A program made the translations under genes and the position numbers. From NCBI GenBank assembly GCA_002245135.1, contig NGBS01000292.1:372001-436000 (forward strand): a DNA stretch of 64,000 nucleotides, given 5' to 3'. How positions within the stretch are numbered: position 1 is the stretch's first letter; every line of letters starts with the position of its first letter. The notes beneath the pieces are model-generated. The model saw only the letters and a program-made list of their open reading frames with translations, was not told the origin of the DNA and did no database searches. This DNA is from Proteromonas lacertae (Eukaryota). Below, in pieces: positions 27,201-39,893 of this stretch.

Positions 27201-30200
27201 ATGAGCAATCTTATAGAATTACATGGAATGAGATTTAAAATGTCTGTTGTGTCAGATTTAAATGTAGCTAAACAATATTTAAAGAGCTATTTTGTATATT
27301 TTGTCAATTACATTTATAGATATTAAGAATATTATCAAATACTAGTTTTGATGCTGGTGTTTTGAATTGTATGATGGATATGGATGGAACATCAGATAGA
27401 AGACAATTATTGAAATTTGGTGTTTCTAAAAGTAGATTCTATCCATTTATATCAAAATTAAATATAATAATGACAATGGATGAGAATCGTCAACTTTATC
27501 AGTACATATCAGATACTCAGTTAATTACCTATAATAACATCATCACATTTACTAATCTTGATTCTATATCACAAATATTAAGACTTCCAATATCATTTAG
27601 ATATATAAATCTATTAAATATAATACCAGTAAGGATAGATTGTATATAATTAAAAAATATATATTGATGAATAGTGAATAATGAATGTAAGAGTTTATTA
27701 TTAGATATAAACACCAAACCACTTGATATTTCACCAATAACAATTATTACACATGATTACAATGGTTCAAATATATATGGTATCATTAAAAGAATTATAT
27801 TTAAATAGTATTTAATGAAAAAGTAACAAAATATGGCTTGTTATGTTATGAGGATAATTCTATGAATACAATTGAGGTTAAAATAACTTGTGATGATTTT
27901 ACATATGGAACAGTAATAATATCAAGTGATGTAATTACATATGATAAAAATATCTTGGAATTTAACATTATAAATATAAAACAACAAAGATGTGGAAAGA
28001 TTGAAATGAAAATATTTCTATTACCATTTTTTGAAAATATTAACAACCCAATGTCATTAGAACCAATCAAAGTCCCTAAAGAATATGAATATCGTGATAT
28101 TGTAGAAGGGGATGTTTCTGGATTAATATGTTCCACAACAAAGTATATTTATATTTAATAAATATTTTTATAGTCATAATGAGAGTGAAACAAAAGAAGT
28201 AGATTTTGTGTATGAAGAAAAAACTGTTAAAACTGCAATTGGATTTTTGAAACAACATTTGCTACATATTACTGTATATATATTAATATTAATTGTATTA
28301 TTATGATTATAAGTGTGAAACTAATCAAGTGTCTGGATTAGATATAATTGATCATATTATTCTAATCATTTCATCATTTTCGCAAACAAGAATAACCTTT
28401 AATGATTTTCAAAGTTATTGGAAATCTCTAAATTATTATCCAGTTCTTACACCTGAAGTATAATATAAATTTATCTTATGTAATATTAGGAAATATTTAT
28501 ATTATATAAAACACTGTGTGTTAAGAATCACAATGAAATAGTAAGAGAAGATATTGAAAGACTGTTATATAATGATGAAAATGAATATGAAGTGTATAGT
28601 GGATCATCTGAAATAGAAAACTTTTATAAAAAGTATGAATTCTTTTTTTTAATCCTTATTCTAGTGATTCAATAACCATAATTCCATCCAGTTTACCTGC
28701 CAATTTATTATCATACCAAGAAGCATTGGATATTCTAATTCCAAGATTATTTTATATAAAAGATGAAAGTTATGATATTGTCCAATCTCTTAAATCATTA
28801 GATGATGATAAAAGGGGTGAAATTCCATATGAATTGTTTGTTAAATTGATAAGAATGTTGTTGAAAATAACACCAGAAGTATATATATATATATATATAT
28901 ATTATCTTTTACTATAAATAACAATATTAGAATTGTGAACATCTCTGTTTACCACTAATGTCAGATAGAAGAACAGTTTTTATAAATCCAATAATCAATA
29001 GATTCTTAGAAGGTGAAGATGGAATAATGATTAACAGATTATTGACAAAAATATCAAATACTTTGATATTCTATAACATGGAATTTACACTTAAAATATT
29101 TCGCTTTTATGATAAAGACTCTACTGGATATGTTACTATTTATATGTTTCATATAATACTAAAAGATTTAGATATTGAATATACTGACCCAGAAATTTCT
29201 CTTTTACAGAAAGTAATAATGAAAAATGATCCAAAACATATCGAAATGTGTGATTCTATTAATTATATAACTTTAATTGATCTTATTAATAATAAAAGAG
29301 GTGAATATTCACAAATACCTTCTAAATTATTCATTTGGTGCAGAGATCAGATTGTATTAGGAAAAAATCTGCAGGAATTATTATATGAAAGTTTACTAAA
29401 GACAACTAATAATGCAAGTTATTGTAAAAACTTAACACTACAAGAATTCGAGATATTATTTGATAGAATTGGATATAGAATAGATTCTTTAACATTAAAA
29501 CAAATTCAAAACAAATATAATGATGGAAATTATAACATAATTGATTATAAAAAGTTTATAAAAGATTTATTATCATCACTTTCAAATGAAACAACTCACT
29601 ATACAATTAGAAATAAACATAGGATACTTATATTAGATTCAGTAAATGGCTTTATACTGAGGGGATGCTTTATGAAATATGATAAGTACAAGACTGGTAA
29701 AATAACTGTTGATGAATATTTGAGAGTGTTTAGTGATTTATATATTCCTTTATCTAAATATGAGATTATATCTCCTCTTACTGTTATTACTACTTCTGAT
29801 TCTGTTGTTGATTACAGAAAGTATTTTAGGTATATCTCATATTCTGACTATGAATTGTATTAATCTCATTTTTATTATTTATTTAGGGAATTATCAATGA
29901 AACCAATTAGAATAGAGTTTAATAAACTAGGAGAAGATCAAAAAAGTTGTTTTGAATGGTTAGAAAGAGTTGATTATGTAAAGAAAGGTATTATTTTGGT
30001 CTATTCTATTTGCTTAGGTATAGTATCTGAAGCTGATTTTCGTAAGTTAATTCAAAGAGTGTTTAAAGTAGATGAACTATTGTTATTCTCAATAATAGAA
30101 AAGTATTATGTTGAAGATGGAGTAGCGTATATTTTTGCTTTTATTATTACTAGATATAATCATTTCTTCTATGATTTAGGTTATAATCCAAAAAAGTATA

Positions 30201-30214
30201 AATATCAATTCTGA
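27201..30214 (+). CDS. Large multi-EF-hand protein (could be two genes)
   Basis: FRFYDKDSTGYVT, FMKYDKYKTGKITVDEY, LDDDKRGEIPYELF; many 25-40 nt introns link the ORF fragments. Confidence 0.6.
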
Positions 30215-30408
30215 TTTCATCTTTGAAATCATTTATAAAGCATATTTTTATTATTACTAAATAGACAATTCAAATAAAACCCTTCATTCACTCTGTATGT
30301 ATAAATTAATAATGATTGAAATTTGTTTTTTGTGTTGTTTGCTAAATTCTTTTATTTATTCGGTATTTTTCATTTTCTAAACCTTATGAGAATGTTTTAA
30401 AGAAGATT

Positions 30409-30428
30409 AGAACAATCTAGAAGATTCT
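30409..30428. promoter_or_regulatory. Heat-shock element
   Basis: aGAAc-aATCt-aGAAg-aTTCt, four alternating nGAAn pentamers with one mismatch, about 130 bp upstream of Hsp70; CCAAT at 30444-30448. Confidence 0.75.
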
Positions 30429-30556
30429 TGATTTTCAAATCATCCAATAAGAATGATGAAGAATAATGAATTTTCTTTAGAAAAAAAAGATTCATTTTAC
30501 ATTTTTGAATCATTTCAAGTTTTCTTGATAATTTTCATTAACTCAATTCAATTACA

Positions 30557-32497
30557 ATGTCTAAAGTCTCAGGCCCTGCAGTTGGTATCGATTTAGGTAC
30601 AACTTATTCTTGTGTTGGTGTTTGGCAAAATGATCGTGTAGAAATCATTGCTAATGATCAAGGTTTACGTACAACTCCTTCTTATGTTGCATTTACTGAA
30701 ACTGAACGTTTAATTGGTGATGCTGCAAAGAATCAATGTGCTATGAATCCAACAAACACTGTATTCGATGCTAAACGTTTAATTGGTCGTAAAGTGAATG
30801 ATCCATCAGTCCAAAGTGATATGAAACATTGGCCATTCAAGATGATTGCTGGTCCAGACCAAAAACCATTATGTCAAGTAGAATATCGTGGTGAAACCAA
30901 GACCTTCTCAGCTGAAGAAATCTCCTCAATGGTATTATCGAAGATGAAGACAACAGCTGAAGCTTACATTGGTAGTGATGTAAAGAATGCAGTTATTACA
31001 GTTCCAGCTTACTTTAACGATAGTCAAAGACAAGCTACAAAGGATGCTGGTGCAATTGCTGGTTTGAATGTATTACGTATTATTAACGAACCAACAGCTG
31101 CAGCTATTGCTTATGGTTTAGATAAGAATGTAAAAGAACACAACATTTTGATTTTCGATTTAGGTGGTGGTACTTTTGATGTATCTTTATTAACAATTGA
31201 AGATGGTATTTTCGAAGTTAAAGCCACAGCTGGTGATACTCATTTAGGTGGTGAAGATTTTGATAATAGATTAGTTGATTTTTTCTCACGTGAATTCCAA
31301 AGAAAATACAACAAAGATTTAACTTCCAATCAACGTGCATTAAGAAGATTACGTACAGCTTGTGAAAGAGCAAAGAGAACTTTATCCAGTTCAACTGAAG
31401 CAATGATTGAAATTGATAGTTTATATGAAGGTATTGATTTCAACAGTAAAATCACTCGTGCTAGATTTGAAGAAATGAATATGGATTATTTCCGTAAGAC
31501 AATGGAACCAGTTGAAAAGACTTTAAGAGATGCTGGTTTAGGTAAAAGTGAAATTGATGAAGTTGTATTAGTTGGTGGTTCATCTCGTATTCCAAAAGTA
31601 CAACAAATGTTAAAAGAATTCTTCAATGGTAAAGAACCATGTAAAAGTATTAATCCAGATGAAGCTGTAGCTTATGGTGCAACAGTACAAGCTGCTATTT
31701 TAACTGGTGCTGATAAAGGTGGAAAATTAGATGAATTGTTATTATTGGATGTAACTCCATTAAGTTTAGGTTTAGAAACAGCTGGTGGTGTAATGACTGT
31801 ATTGATTAAGAGAAATACCACAATTCCAGTTAAGAAAACTCAAGTATTTAGTACTTACAGTGATAATCAACCAGGTGTATTGATTCAAGTATTTGAAGGT
31901 GAAAGATCAATGACAAGAGATAATAACTTATTAGGTAAGTTCCAGTTAGATGGAATTCCACCAATGCCAAGAGGTGTTCCACAAATTGAAGTAACTTATG
32001 ATATTGATGCAAATGGTATTTTGAATGTAAGTGCTGTAGAAAAGAGTACTGGTAAAGCTAATAAGATTACCATTACAAATGATAAAGGTCGTCTTACACC
32101 TGAAGAAATTGAAAGAATGGTTGCTGAAGCTGAGAAATTCAAAGCTGAAGATGATAGAAATAAAGAACGTGTAGAATCCAAGAATCAATTAGAAAACTAT
32201 GCTTTCAGTGTAAAGAACAGTGTTCGTGAAGAAGCTGTAGCTAATAAATTAGGTGAAAATGATAAGAAAGCTGTAGAAGATGCTGCTGAAGCTGCAATTA
32301 GTTGGTTAGACAGTCATCCAAATGCTGAGAAAGAAGAATATGAAGAACAATTGAAGATATTAGAAAATAAAGTAATGCCAATAATGAGTAAGTTAGGTGG
32401 TGGTGCAGGAGGTATGCCAGCTGGTGGAATGCCAGGAGCTGGTGCTGCTCCAAGTGGTGGAAGTGCTCAAGGTCCACATATTGAAGAAGTTGATTAA
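30557..32497 (+). CDS. HSP70: Cytosolic Hsp70, intronless
   Basis: [39 protein letters not shown] repeats, C-terminal IEEVD. Confidence 0.99.
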   Translation: MSKVSGPAVGIDLGTTYSCVGVWQNDRVEIIANDQGLRTTPSYVAFTETERLIGDAAKNQCAMNPTNTVFDAKRLIGRKVNDPSVQSDMKHWPFKMIAGPDQKPLCQVEYRGETKTFSAEEISSMVLSKMKTTAEAYIGSDVKNAVITVPAYFNDSQRQATKDAGAIAGLNVLRIINEPTAAAIAYGLDKNVKEHNILIFDLGGGTFDVSLLTIEDGIFEVKATAGDTHLGGEDFDNRLVDFFSREFQRKYNKDLTSNQRALRRLRTACERAKRTLSSSTEAMIEIDSLYEGIDFNSKITRARFEEMNMDYFRKTMEPVEKTLRDAGLGKSEIDEVVLVGGSSRIPKVQQMLKEFFNGKEPCKSINPDEAVAYGATVQAAILTGADKGGKLDELLLLDVTPLSLGLETAGGVMTVLIKRNTTIPVKKTQVFSTYSDNQPGVLIQVFEGERSMTRDNNLLGKFQLDGIPPMPRGVPQIEVTYDIDANGILNVSAVEKSTGKANKITITNDKGRLTPEEIERMVAEAEKFKAEDDRNKERVESKNQLENYAFSVKNSVREEAVANKLGENDKKAVEDAAEAAISWLDSHPNAEKEEYEEQLKILENKVMPIMSKLGGGAGGMPAGGMPGAGAAPSGGSAQGPHIEEVD

Positions 32498-32621
32498 ATT
32501 TAGAATTTTTGTTTAATGTTATAATATATATAATGTTAAATATTTATGTTTTTGATTTGGGATATTTATCTTTCAATTATATTAAATAGAAGATATTTGC
32601 TCTAATTTTGCTTAAATAAGA

Positions 32622-32878
32622 ATGAAAAAAGAGCCAAGCATTTTGGATGATGATTTAGATGGTGATGAATCTCTATTAATGCAAATATCATCTTGTATTT
32701 CTCTTATTTTACTGATTTTTCATAGATTTCTTTTATTCTCTGGGAATTGTAGCTGGTGGTAAATGTATGGTTTTATTATTCAAATATTGTGGGTATAATC
32801 CAATAATTCCTAGGATTATACATTTTCTGTCATTTAAGATGTTATAATTGTTTTAATATATTATATATTATTATTTAA
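32622..32878 (+). other. Possible tiny spliced gene or gene relic
   Basis: ATG followed by MKKEPSILDDDLDGDESLLMQISS, a 31-nt GT-AG intron and YFFYSLGIVAGGK; the 3' structure is unclear. Confidence 0.25.
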
Positions 32879-33045
32879 GTTAATATATTAGTTGTAAGAA
32901 TTTTTATTGGTAAATGACTGTTAATTCAACAATTTATGAAAACACATATTTCATTGAGTGTACTTGTTGTAATTAGCTTATGTAAATATTTTTATTCACA
33001 TGAACATTCTAAAAATGGATAAGAATAGTAAATAGTAGAAATTAT

Positions 33046-34661
33046 TTATTTCTCATAATTGACTGATAATAATTCAACTGAAGTGTTTTGACTATATATT
33101 GCAGCATATGTATATAATGGAGAAGGTAAATCTTTAACAAGTAAAACAGGAGATGAATTATTATGACTTATCCAAAATTCTCTTTTATTCATATCAACAA
33201 TCACTTCATAAATTGAGCCATCTCCATGATTATTGAAATTTGGATTTACTGCAACAACTCTTCCAATATGACATAATGATGTAATATCTCTACTTTCACT
33301 ACAAATTGCATAATAATTACATGTTGTTGATTGATCATAAATATCATATCCAGAATATGTATTATTAGTTGATAATCCTAAATACATTTCATCATCTACA
33401 CTTTTATTTTCGATGATATTTATATTTGATATGATAAACTCCATTTTCCATTTTCATATTCAAATAACAATTGATTCCAACATAAAATGTATTTGTATTT
33501 GTTATTACTTTTCCATTATTTGAGATTGATATTCCTTCACTTTTGTTAGAACTATTAAATTGTATTTGTGTTACTTTCAATATTATTTTGAATTTCTTTT
33601 CACTTAGAATATTTTTACAGGTAATTTCATAATTATCCCCTTTCATTGGCTGTTCTACTCTTCCATGAATTATTCCACTTTCTTTATCTATCATTAAACC
33701 ATCAGGTAAAGATGGATTTATTGAAAATTCACATTTATCTCCATCAAATGTTGGAATTATTGAGATTTCATCATTTACCATAAATGAATATTTTGATTGA
33801 GGATATGAAAATGAGGTGATTTCTTTTGTTAATATGTTTAATATTTCTTCATTTCTTTTTATTTCTGATATTTCATCATAATCATCATCATTATCATCTA
33901 CAATTTGATTTATATAGTTTATTAATATTTTCTTAGATTCATTTGAATAAAAATTATCATTATTCAATAAATCATATAATATCTTCTTGCCTAACAGATT
34001 CTCTATTGTTAATAAGTTCTTCTCTTCATTTATAAACAAACATAAACATTTTATTATTCGATTATTTTCTTTACTTTTATATTCATTTATCAATTCACAT
34101 AATATATTTCTTTTTGTTTTACTTGAGATTTTCATGTCTTTCAATCCAATTCCACTATCTATCATTATTAATAAACCAATTTCTTTCATTCTTATATCTT
34201 TATTATTCAATAGCATTGAGATTGTATTCTCATTAATCAATACAATTAAATCTTCTTCTTTGATATTATCATCTTCACTTTTGTAATATTTTACTATGAT
34301 TTCTTCTATTCTTTCATCTTTCATTTCTTCATTATTCAAACATATTGGATTTATTCTGTTTTTCATTTCCATTAAATAATCATTCATATCTATTGTTTTC
34401 AATTCATTTAAAATGGAAGGTTCTAGCTCATCTAATTCCACATTTTCTAGATGAATTGATTTTAATAATATTCTTTTAAATTCTTCATCTAATTCTTTCT
34501 TTTCTTCTTTTTCAATCTTCTTCTCTTCATTTCTATACCATCTCATTAATACTTTCAATAACCAATTCTCATTTTTTATTATCAGTTTTTCACTTTCTAA
34601 TATCATCTTCAAATTTTCTATTCTCAACTTATATAATAATTCTTCTATACAATTAGATAAT

Positions 34662-34701
<40 letters not shown>

Positions 34702-35217
34702 ATTATTTAAGTACTTATAACTATTTTCTTTCAAGTATTCTTCACTTATCTTGATTAATTCATTAATCTCTTCTTTCTTAAATAAATCATATAAATCCAA
34801 TATCTTCAATATCATTTCATCATATAAATGACTTTTTATATACTTCACACAATATTTCATTATTTCACTATCATTGTAGTAAATACTCATCAATAAAACA
34901 TTTATTACATTCTCATTTAATAATTCCATACATCCACCACTGTAAAACTTCTCCATCTCTATAAATCATTCTACACTACTTCCTTCACATAAAACTAACA
35001 CTCCTTCAAATTGTTCATCTTCTAATAACTTTTGAAATGTCTCATTTCCATTAATCAATATACATCTCATACTCTCTATTGTTTCTTCACCAATTAACAC
35101 TTTTAAATCACTCAATCCTTTTGAAACCATCTCTCTACATAACCTATACTCATCAAAATAATAATAGAAAATAATTTAATACCCAATATCACAAATTGAA
35201 CTCTTTATCACCTTCAT
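33046..35217 (-). pseudogene. BTB-BACK-Ig-SPRY-like gene, copy 2
   Basis: Same architecture as copy 1. Shares the in-frame TGA (34966-34968), has TGG where copy 1 has its second TGA, and one extra A near 33408. Confidence 0.7.
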
Positions 35218-35330
35218 ATGTTAAAATGAATTTGAAATGTCAATATGTCAATTTACATGTCATTTTAAGTTTCTATGTAAAATCAATAAAATACATCAAA
35301 TCAATCACTTTTAAGTATTAACAATATATT
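33068..35330 (-). repeat. Segmental duplicate, inverted copy of 16604-18845
   Basis: Reverse-complement near identity to 16604-18845. Confidence 0.95.
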
Positions 35331-35894
35331 TATCTAGTTGTTTATAAATTCATATCTACATAACAACTAACATACTTCAGTAAATACAACTGTTTTATAA
35401 TTGATATTTAAACATATGATTCAATATAAGCAATCATTCATCTAACATAATTATTCATATATCATACATTCAATATTCATGAAATTGAAAGTATTATGAA
35501 ATATCTTCTATATTAACGAATTAGCTTTACTTTATCCAATAATGTTAATTATTCATATAATAACACTAACTACAATATATATTGATGAATATCTACGTAA
35601 TCCACTCTTTTAACAAGATCAAAACCACTATTTACATATTTATTGATTGATAAAAGATAATAGGCATGTATTTCATATTTATATCAAATCCACATATCGT
35701 TTATTGTTAGTCTATTAACAATATTTCACAAGTCTATTTAAAAGTTAAATAAACAATTCTATAAACACAGTTGACTTTATCTGTTTTTCATTCGATTTAC
35801 ATACAATACATCTCTACATCAAAATCAAATTTCAAAAAATGATTGAATCAAGCCAAAAGCTTGGGTTTGTTAGAATTAAAATTTAGGATATCTC

Positions 35895-36350
35895 ATGAAT
35901 GATTATTTGTTGAACGATATTCCATATGAAACCGATGAAACTGATAAATCAGCTATTCATGCTAAACAATTGAAGGAAGTATTTGGAGTTAAACATCGAA
36001 ATATCGTAGAAGAGTATTTTGATGTATTATTATTATTAGACCAATAACAGTGCAGTATGATTCATTGGATTATGATATAATTGAAAATGAGTATAAAAAT
36101 CTTGCGTAACATATAGATTGAATAAGAAATATCTCGAAAAACAAACCAAAACTGATAAACGAATAGCATTTATATGTGGTTGGTTAGTTTATTCGTGTGT
36201 AGGTATATGTACTGGTTTAATAGCGTTTGGTTTACATGAAGGTGTAACATTTGTAAGTAATTTACGTTTTAATCCAGCTCGTTCATTAATATTGAAAAAT
36301 CAGATGTTCTTAGGTTATTTATATTTTGTTTCAATCTCATTATTTTGTTT
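35895..36350 (+). pseudogene. 5' fragment of a CLC-6/7-type chloride channel
   Basis: Spliced through two introns: YDSLDYDIIENE...WLVYSCVGICTGLIAFGLHEGV..LRF. It stops before the GSGIP motif. Confidence 0.75.
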
Positions 36351-37310
36351 TGACATAATTGAAGTATAAATATTGAAAGTCATAATTTATATGTTATATA
36401 TTATGATTTTTAGTTGGTATTTAATTTTGATCACATAAATATTATGTTTAAGGACAAAAATAAGATTTCAATTATTTGGGGATTTTCAATTTAACCAAAA
36501 TTTTGATAAAATCTTAAATCTTTCTAAAATGAATTGCATTGATGAAATATTGTCACAATATGAAGTATTTAAGTTTATTTAATAATTTAGATTAATAAAA
36601 GAGCCGAAAAGAGTAGTTGTGAAGTAGATTTGGTTGTGAAAGATGTAGATTTAATTAAAAAGGTGAAAATCCTAAATATTACTGAAATAGATGAACAGAG
36701 AGTATTAAAGTTTAGTGAAAATAACTCTTTACTCTTAGATTGTTGTTTAAATTTGGTATATCCAACCCAAATGCAGTTTTTTGGGTGTAATACAATATTA
36801 TTAGAGAGAAAATACTACGAGAATGATTTGAAAGAAATAATTCAAAGTAAATCCTTATCAAGTGATAGTATTAATAGTATAATATGTGGTTTGTGTAATA
36901 TCCTGATAATAATGAATGAAAATGATGTAATGGTTGATAATCTGAAGAGCAGCAATGTAGTGTATGAGGAATATCGTGATATAAAGTTATGTGATTTGTT
37001 TTTAAACACATTGAGAAAAGAATGAATTGAGAGTATATGATGTATGCTTCAAAAGCCCTGAAGAATTGAATTGGATATGAATGTAATGAAAGAAGTGTGA
37101 TTTGGTCAGTTGGATGTATATTATATGAAATGATTTGTAAGAAATTACCATTTAATGAAGATGATAATATGTTTAAGACAATGAATAACATTCTGAGATG
37201 TAAATACAGTTTAGATGAAAAATGTGATGATTTAATGAAAGAGATGATAGAAAAAATGTTAAAAGTGAAGAATGAAGATAGGTTAAGTTTAAAAGAGTTG
37301 AGAAAAGAGA
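36349..37310 (+). repeat. Near-identical inverted copy of 60370-61332 (upstream region plus pseudokinase domain)
   Basis: Direct sequence comparison; the shared block begins at TTTGACATAATTGAAG in both copies. Confidence 0.9.
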
Positions 37311-39857
37311 TGGCGAAATTGAGTGAGATATTAAAAGATGAAGAAGATAATGTAATGATATGTAATGAAAGAAAAGAGATAATATTCAATAATGATTATA
37401 ATCTTCCAATAATAATATATCCATTAGAATTTTATATAAAGAGTAAAAAATGGGAAAATATTCGAGATGATTTAATAAAATCATACAATAAAAAAGCTAG
37501 TGAAAGAGTATTATCTATATTATTGATGATGAAAATATACAAAGAAGATGATTCAATTCAATCGAAATTGAGATTTAAAATTCATCACAAACATAAAGAC
37601 AAAAGAGAAAACTGTTATTTTGATGAAATGTTATTTGATATTAAAAGTGATTATTATGATAAAGAAAGAATGAAAGTTAATAAAAAGTGTATGTGTATGA
37701 GTGAAGTAGGGATGAAATATCTCTTTAAAATATTGAAATTAATTGGTGAAACAAAGCTATGGTTTGGTATGATTATAATCATTATAATTTATTTAGATGA
37801 TTATTTTGGTTTTAAAATTCCATTAGAACATCAACCATTATTAGCATCACAATTTGATCAATTGCCAAATCTTCAAGAATTGGATTTACATTATTGTAAT
37901 CTTACTTATCGTTTTATTGAATCATTCGTTAAATCACTTCCATCTATGATCAAATTAAAATATATAAACCTTAGAAGTATGTGTTTTCATCTATTATTTT
38001 TGTATAGGTAATCCAATTGGTCCAAAAGGATTTAAGTTGTTACTTCCATATTTACATTTATTAATCAATGAAGATAAGGTATTGAATCTATGTGGAATGG
38101 ATTTAAATGATGAATCAATGATACTATTATCAGAAGAGTTATATAAATATCCAAATATCAAAAAAATAGATATTGAATCAAACAAAAATATTCATTCAAG
38201 AGGATTAAAACCATTATTCTCCAAATTTCCTATTTCGAAGATAAAAATTGAATTTGATTATTTAGAAGATAAAGAAATATTGATTGATAAAGATATTCCA
38301 GAATTAATCACATCCATCAAAGATGGAAATAAATTATGTCTGAGTCATTATGACATAGATGATGTTTTTTTTAAATCATTTATTTCATTAAGATTGAAAG
38401 AGTTAGAAGAAACAAAAACAGTAGATTTGAGTGGTATTATTTTTGATATTTTCTATTATTTAGAAAATAAACTAACAACAAAAAGTATAGAAATACTGAT
38501 TAACAAAATATCTTCAATTGCAGGGTTTAAAACAACATTTCTATTTAATGGAAATGAAATAGGAGATGAAGGAATGAGATTATTATTTCCACATATACAT
38601 TTACTGAAATATTATGGTAAGGAAATTAATTGTTCAAGTATAATTGTTATATAACCTTTTATAGAGATGGGATTATCTTCAGTAGGATTAAAATATTTAG
38701 TTGATGGTTTAAAGAAGATTAATGAAGAGAGACAAGGTGATAGAGATAATGAAGATAATAATGCTTATGAGGTTGATGTTAGTGATAATAATATAGATTC
38801 AGTCGGAATAGAATATTTGATGGATTTTGTAAAGCAAAAAGGTTATGATGGAAAATTATTTGTTTATAGTATAATCATAATATTCTATTATATATATTTG
38901 ATAGATAATCCAATTGGTAATAATGGATTGAGATTTCTATTGGATAATTTGAATATGTTAGTTAATGATGATTATAAGAAAGTAATGAATTTGAGTTGTA
39001 TGTCAATTGATGATGAAGGTTTATTATTATTAGCAAACAAAATAGATTTAATTTCAGGTTGTAAAGCAATTGATCTAAATGGAAATAAAATCAGTTATAA
39101 TGGATTAAAATCCATATGTTCAAAATCATTAGAAAGAAATGAATATCCTCTAATAAAAGTGAAAAATTCATCATGGACAAATGAAGAATTGGAATATTAT
39201 CTGGATTATTATGTAAAAAAGAATAAATTTAGTGATTATCATAATCTTTCTAGTATAAAATATTGTTATGTAATGAAATAGATATGAATCTTAAAGACTC
39301 TCACATTTCATTAATTAAGGGGATTGAGCGTGGAACAATTGATTTATCAAATAATAGAATTAGCGTTATAGGACTAATTGGATTAATTGAATCCCTACCA
39401 GATTATTCATACTCGCATATTTGCATAAACTAATAATCCAATTGGAGATGGAGGAGTAAATATTATTAGTCAAGATTTAAAGAAATTTGCTGATAATACA
39501 GAATTAAATATATCCAGTATTTTATGAAATAGTTGTTATTTTATATTTGAAATAGATGTTGAAATGAGTGAAGTAGGATTTAAAATATTGATTGAAAAAT
39601 TAAAAAGTTATAAAGAGCATTTAATGAAGATAGATATGTCAGGAAATGAATTAGATGAAGAAGAATTGAAGTTAATGATTGAGAATGAAATAGTATTTTC
39701 TGAAATACTAGACTTATCAATAACAGTAAAAAAGGATATAGACAGATCAGTATTAAGATCATTTTTAGAACATTTTTTATTCACAACAATTACTTTAACT
39801 GGAATTTCAGAAGAAGAAAAGAAAGAATTATCAGAAATATTTACAAACATTGAATAA
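36529..39857 (+). CDS. Pseudokinase-LRR protein, copy A
   Basis: VDNLKSSNV, KLCDLF, FKSPEEL, IWSVGCILYEM, then RI-like LRRs (NPIGPKG, GNEIGDEGMRLL, NNIDSVGIEYL). Intact apart from three +1 bases (about 37023, 37071, 39428). Confidence 0.8.
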
Positions 39858-39893
39858 TTCATTTCTTATAAAAATATCTTAAAAATATTACAA

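Noticed and set aside
33400..33412. AAA-TAA at a +1 shift, resembling Euplotes-type programmed frameshifting
   Set aside because: The paralogue just has one fewer A. In TrpRS and CEP76 the shift lies several codons before the stop, so there is no common slippery-stop motif.
16604..35330. Inverted BTB copies as terminal inverted repeats of one giant element such as a Maverick/Polinton
   Set aside because: The enclosed DNA holds ordinary intron-containing host genes, with no integrase, polymerase or capsid, and no target-site duplication was found.
35340..35890. Possible decayed gene in the long spacer
   Set aside because: No recognisable motif in the frames I examined.
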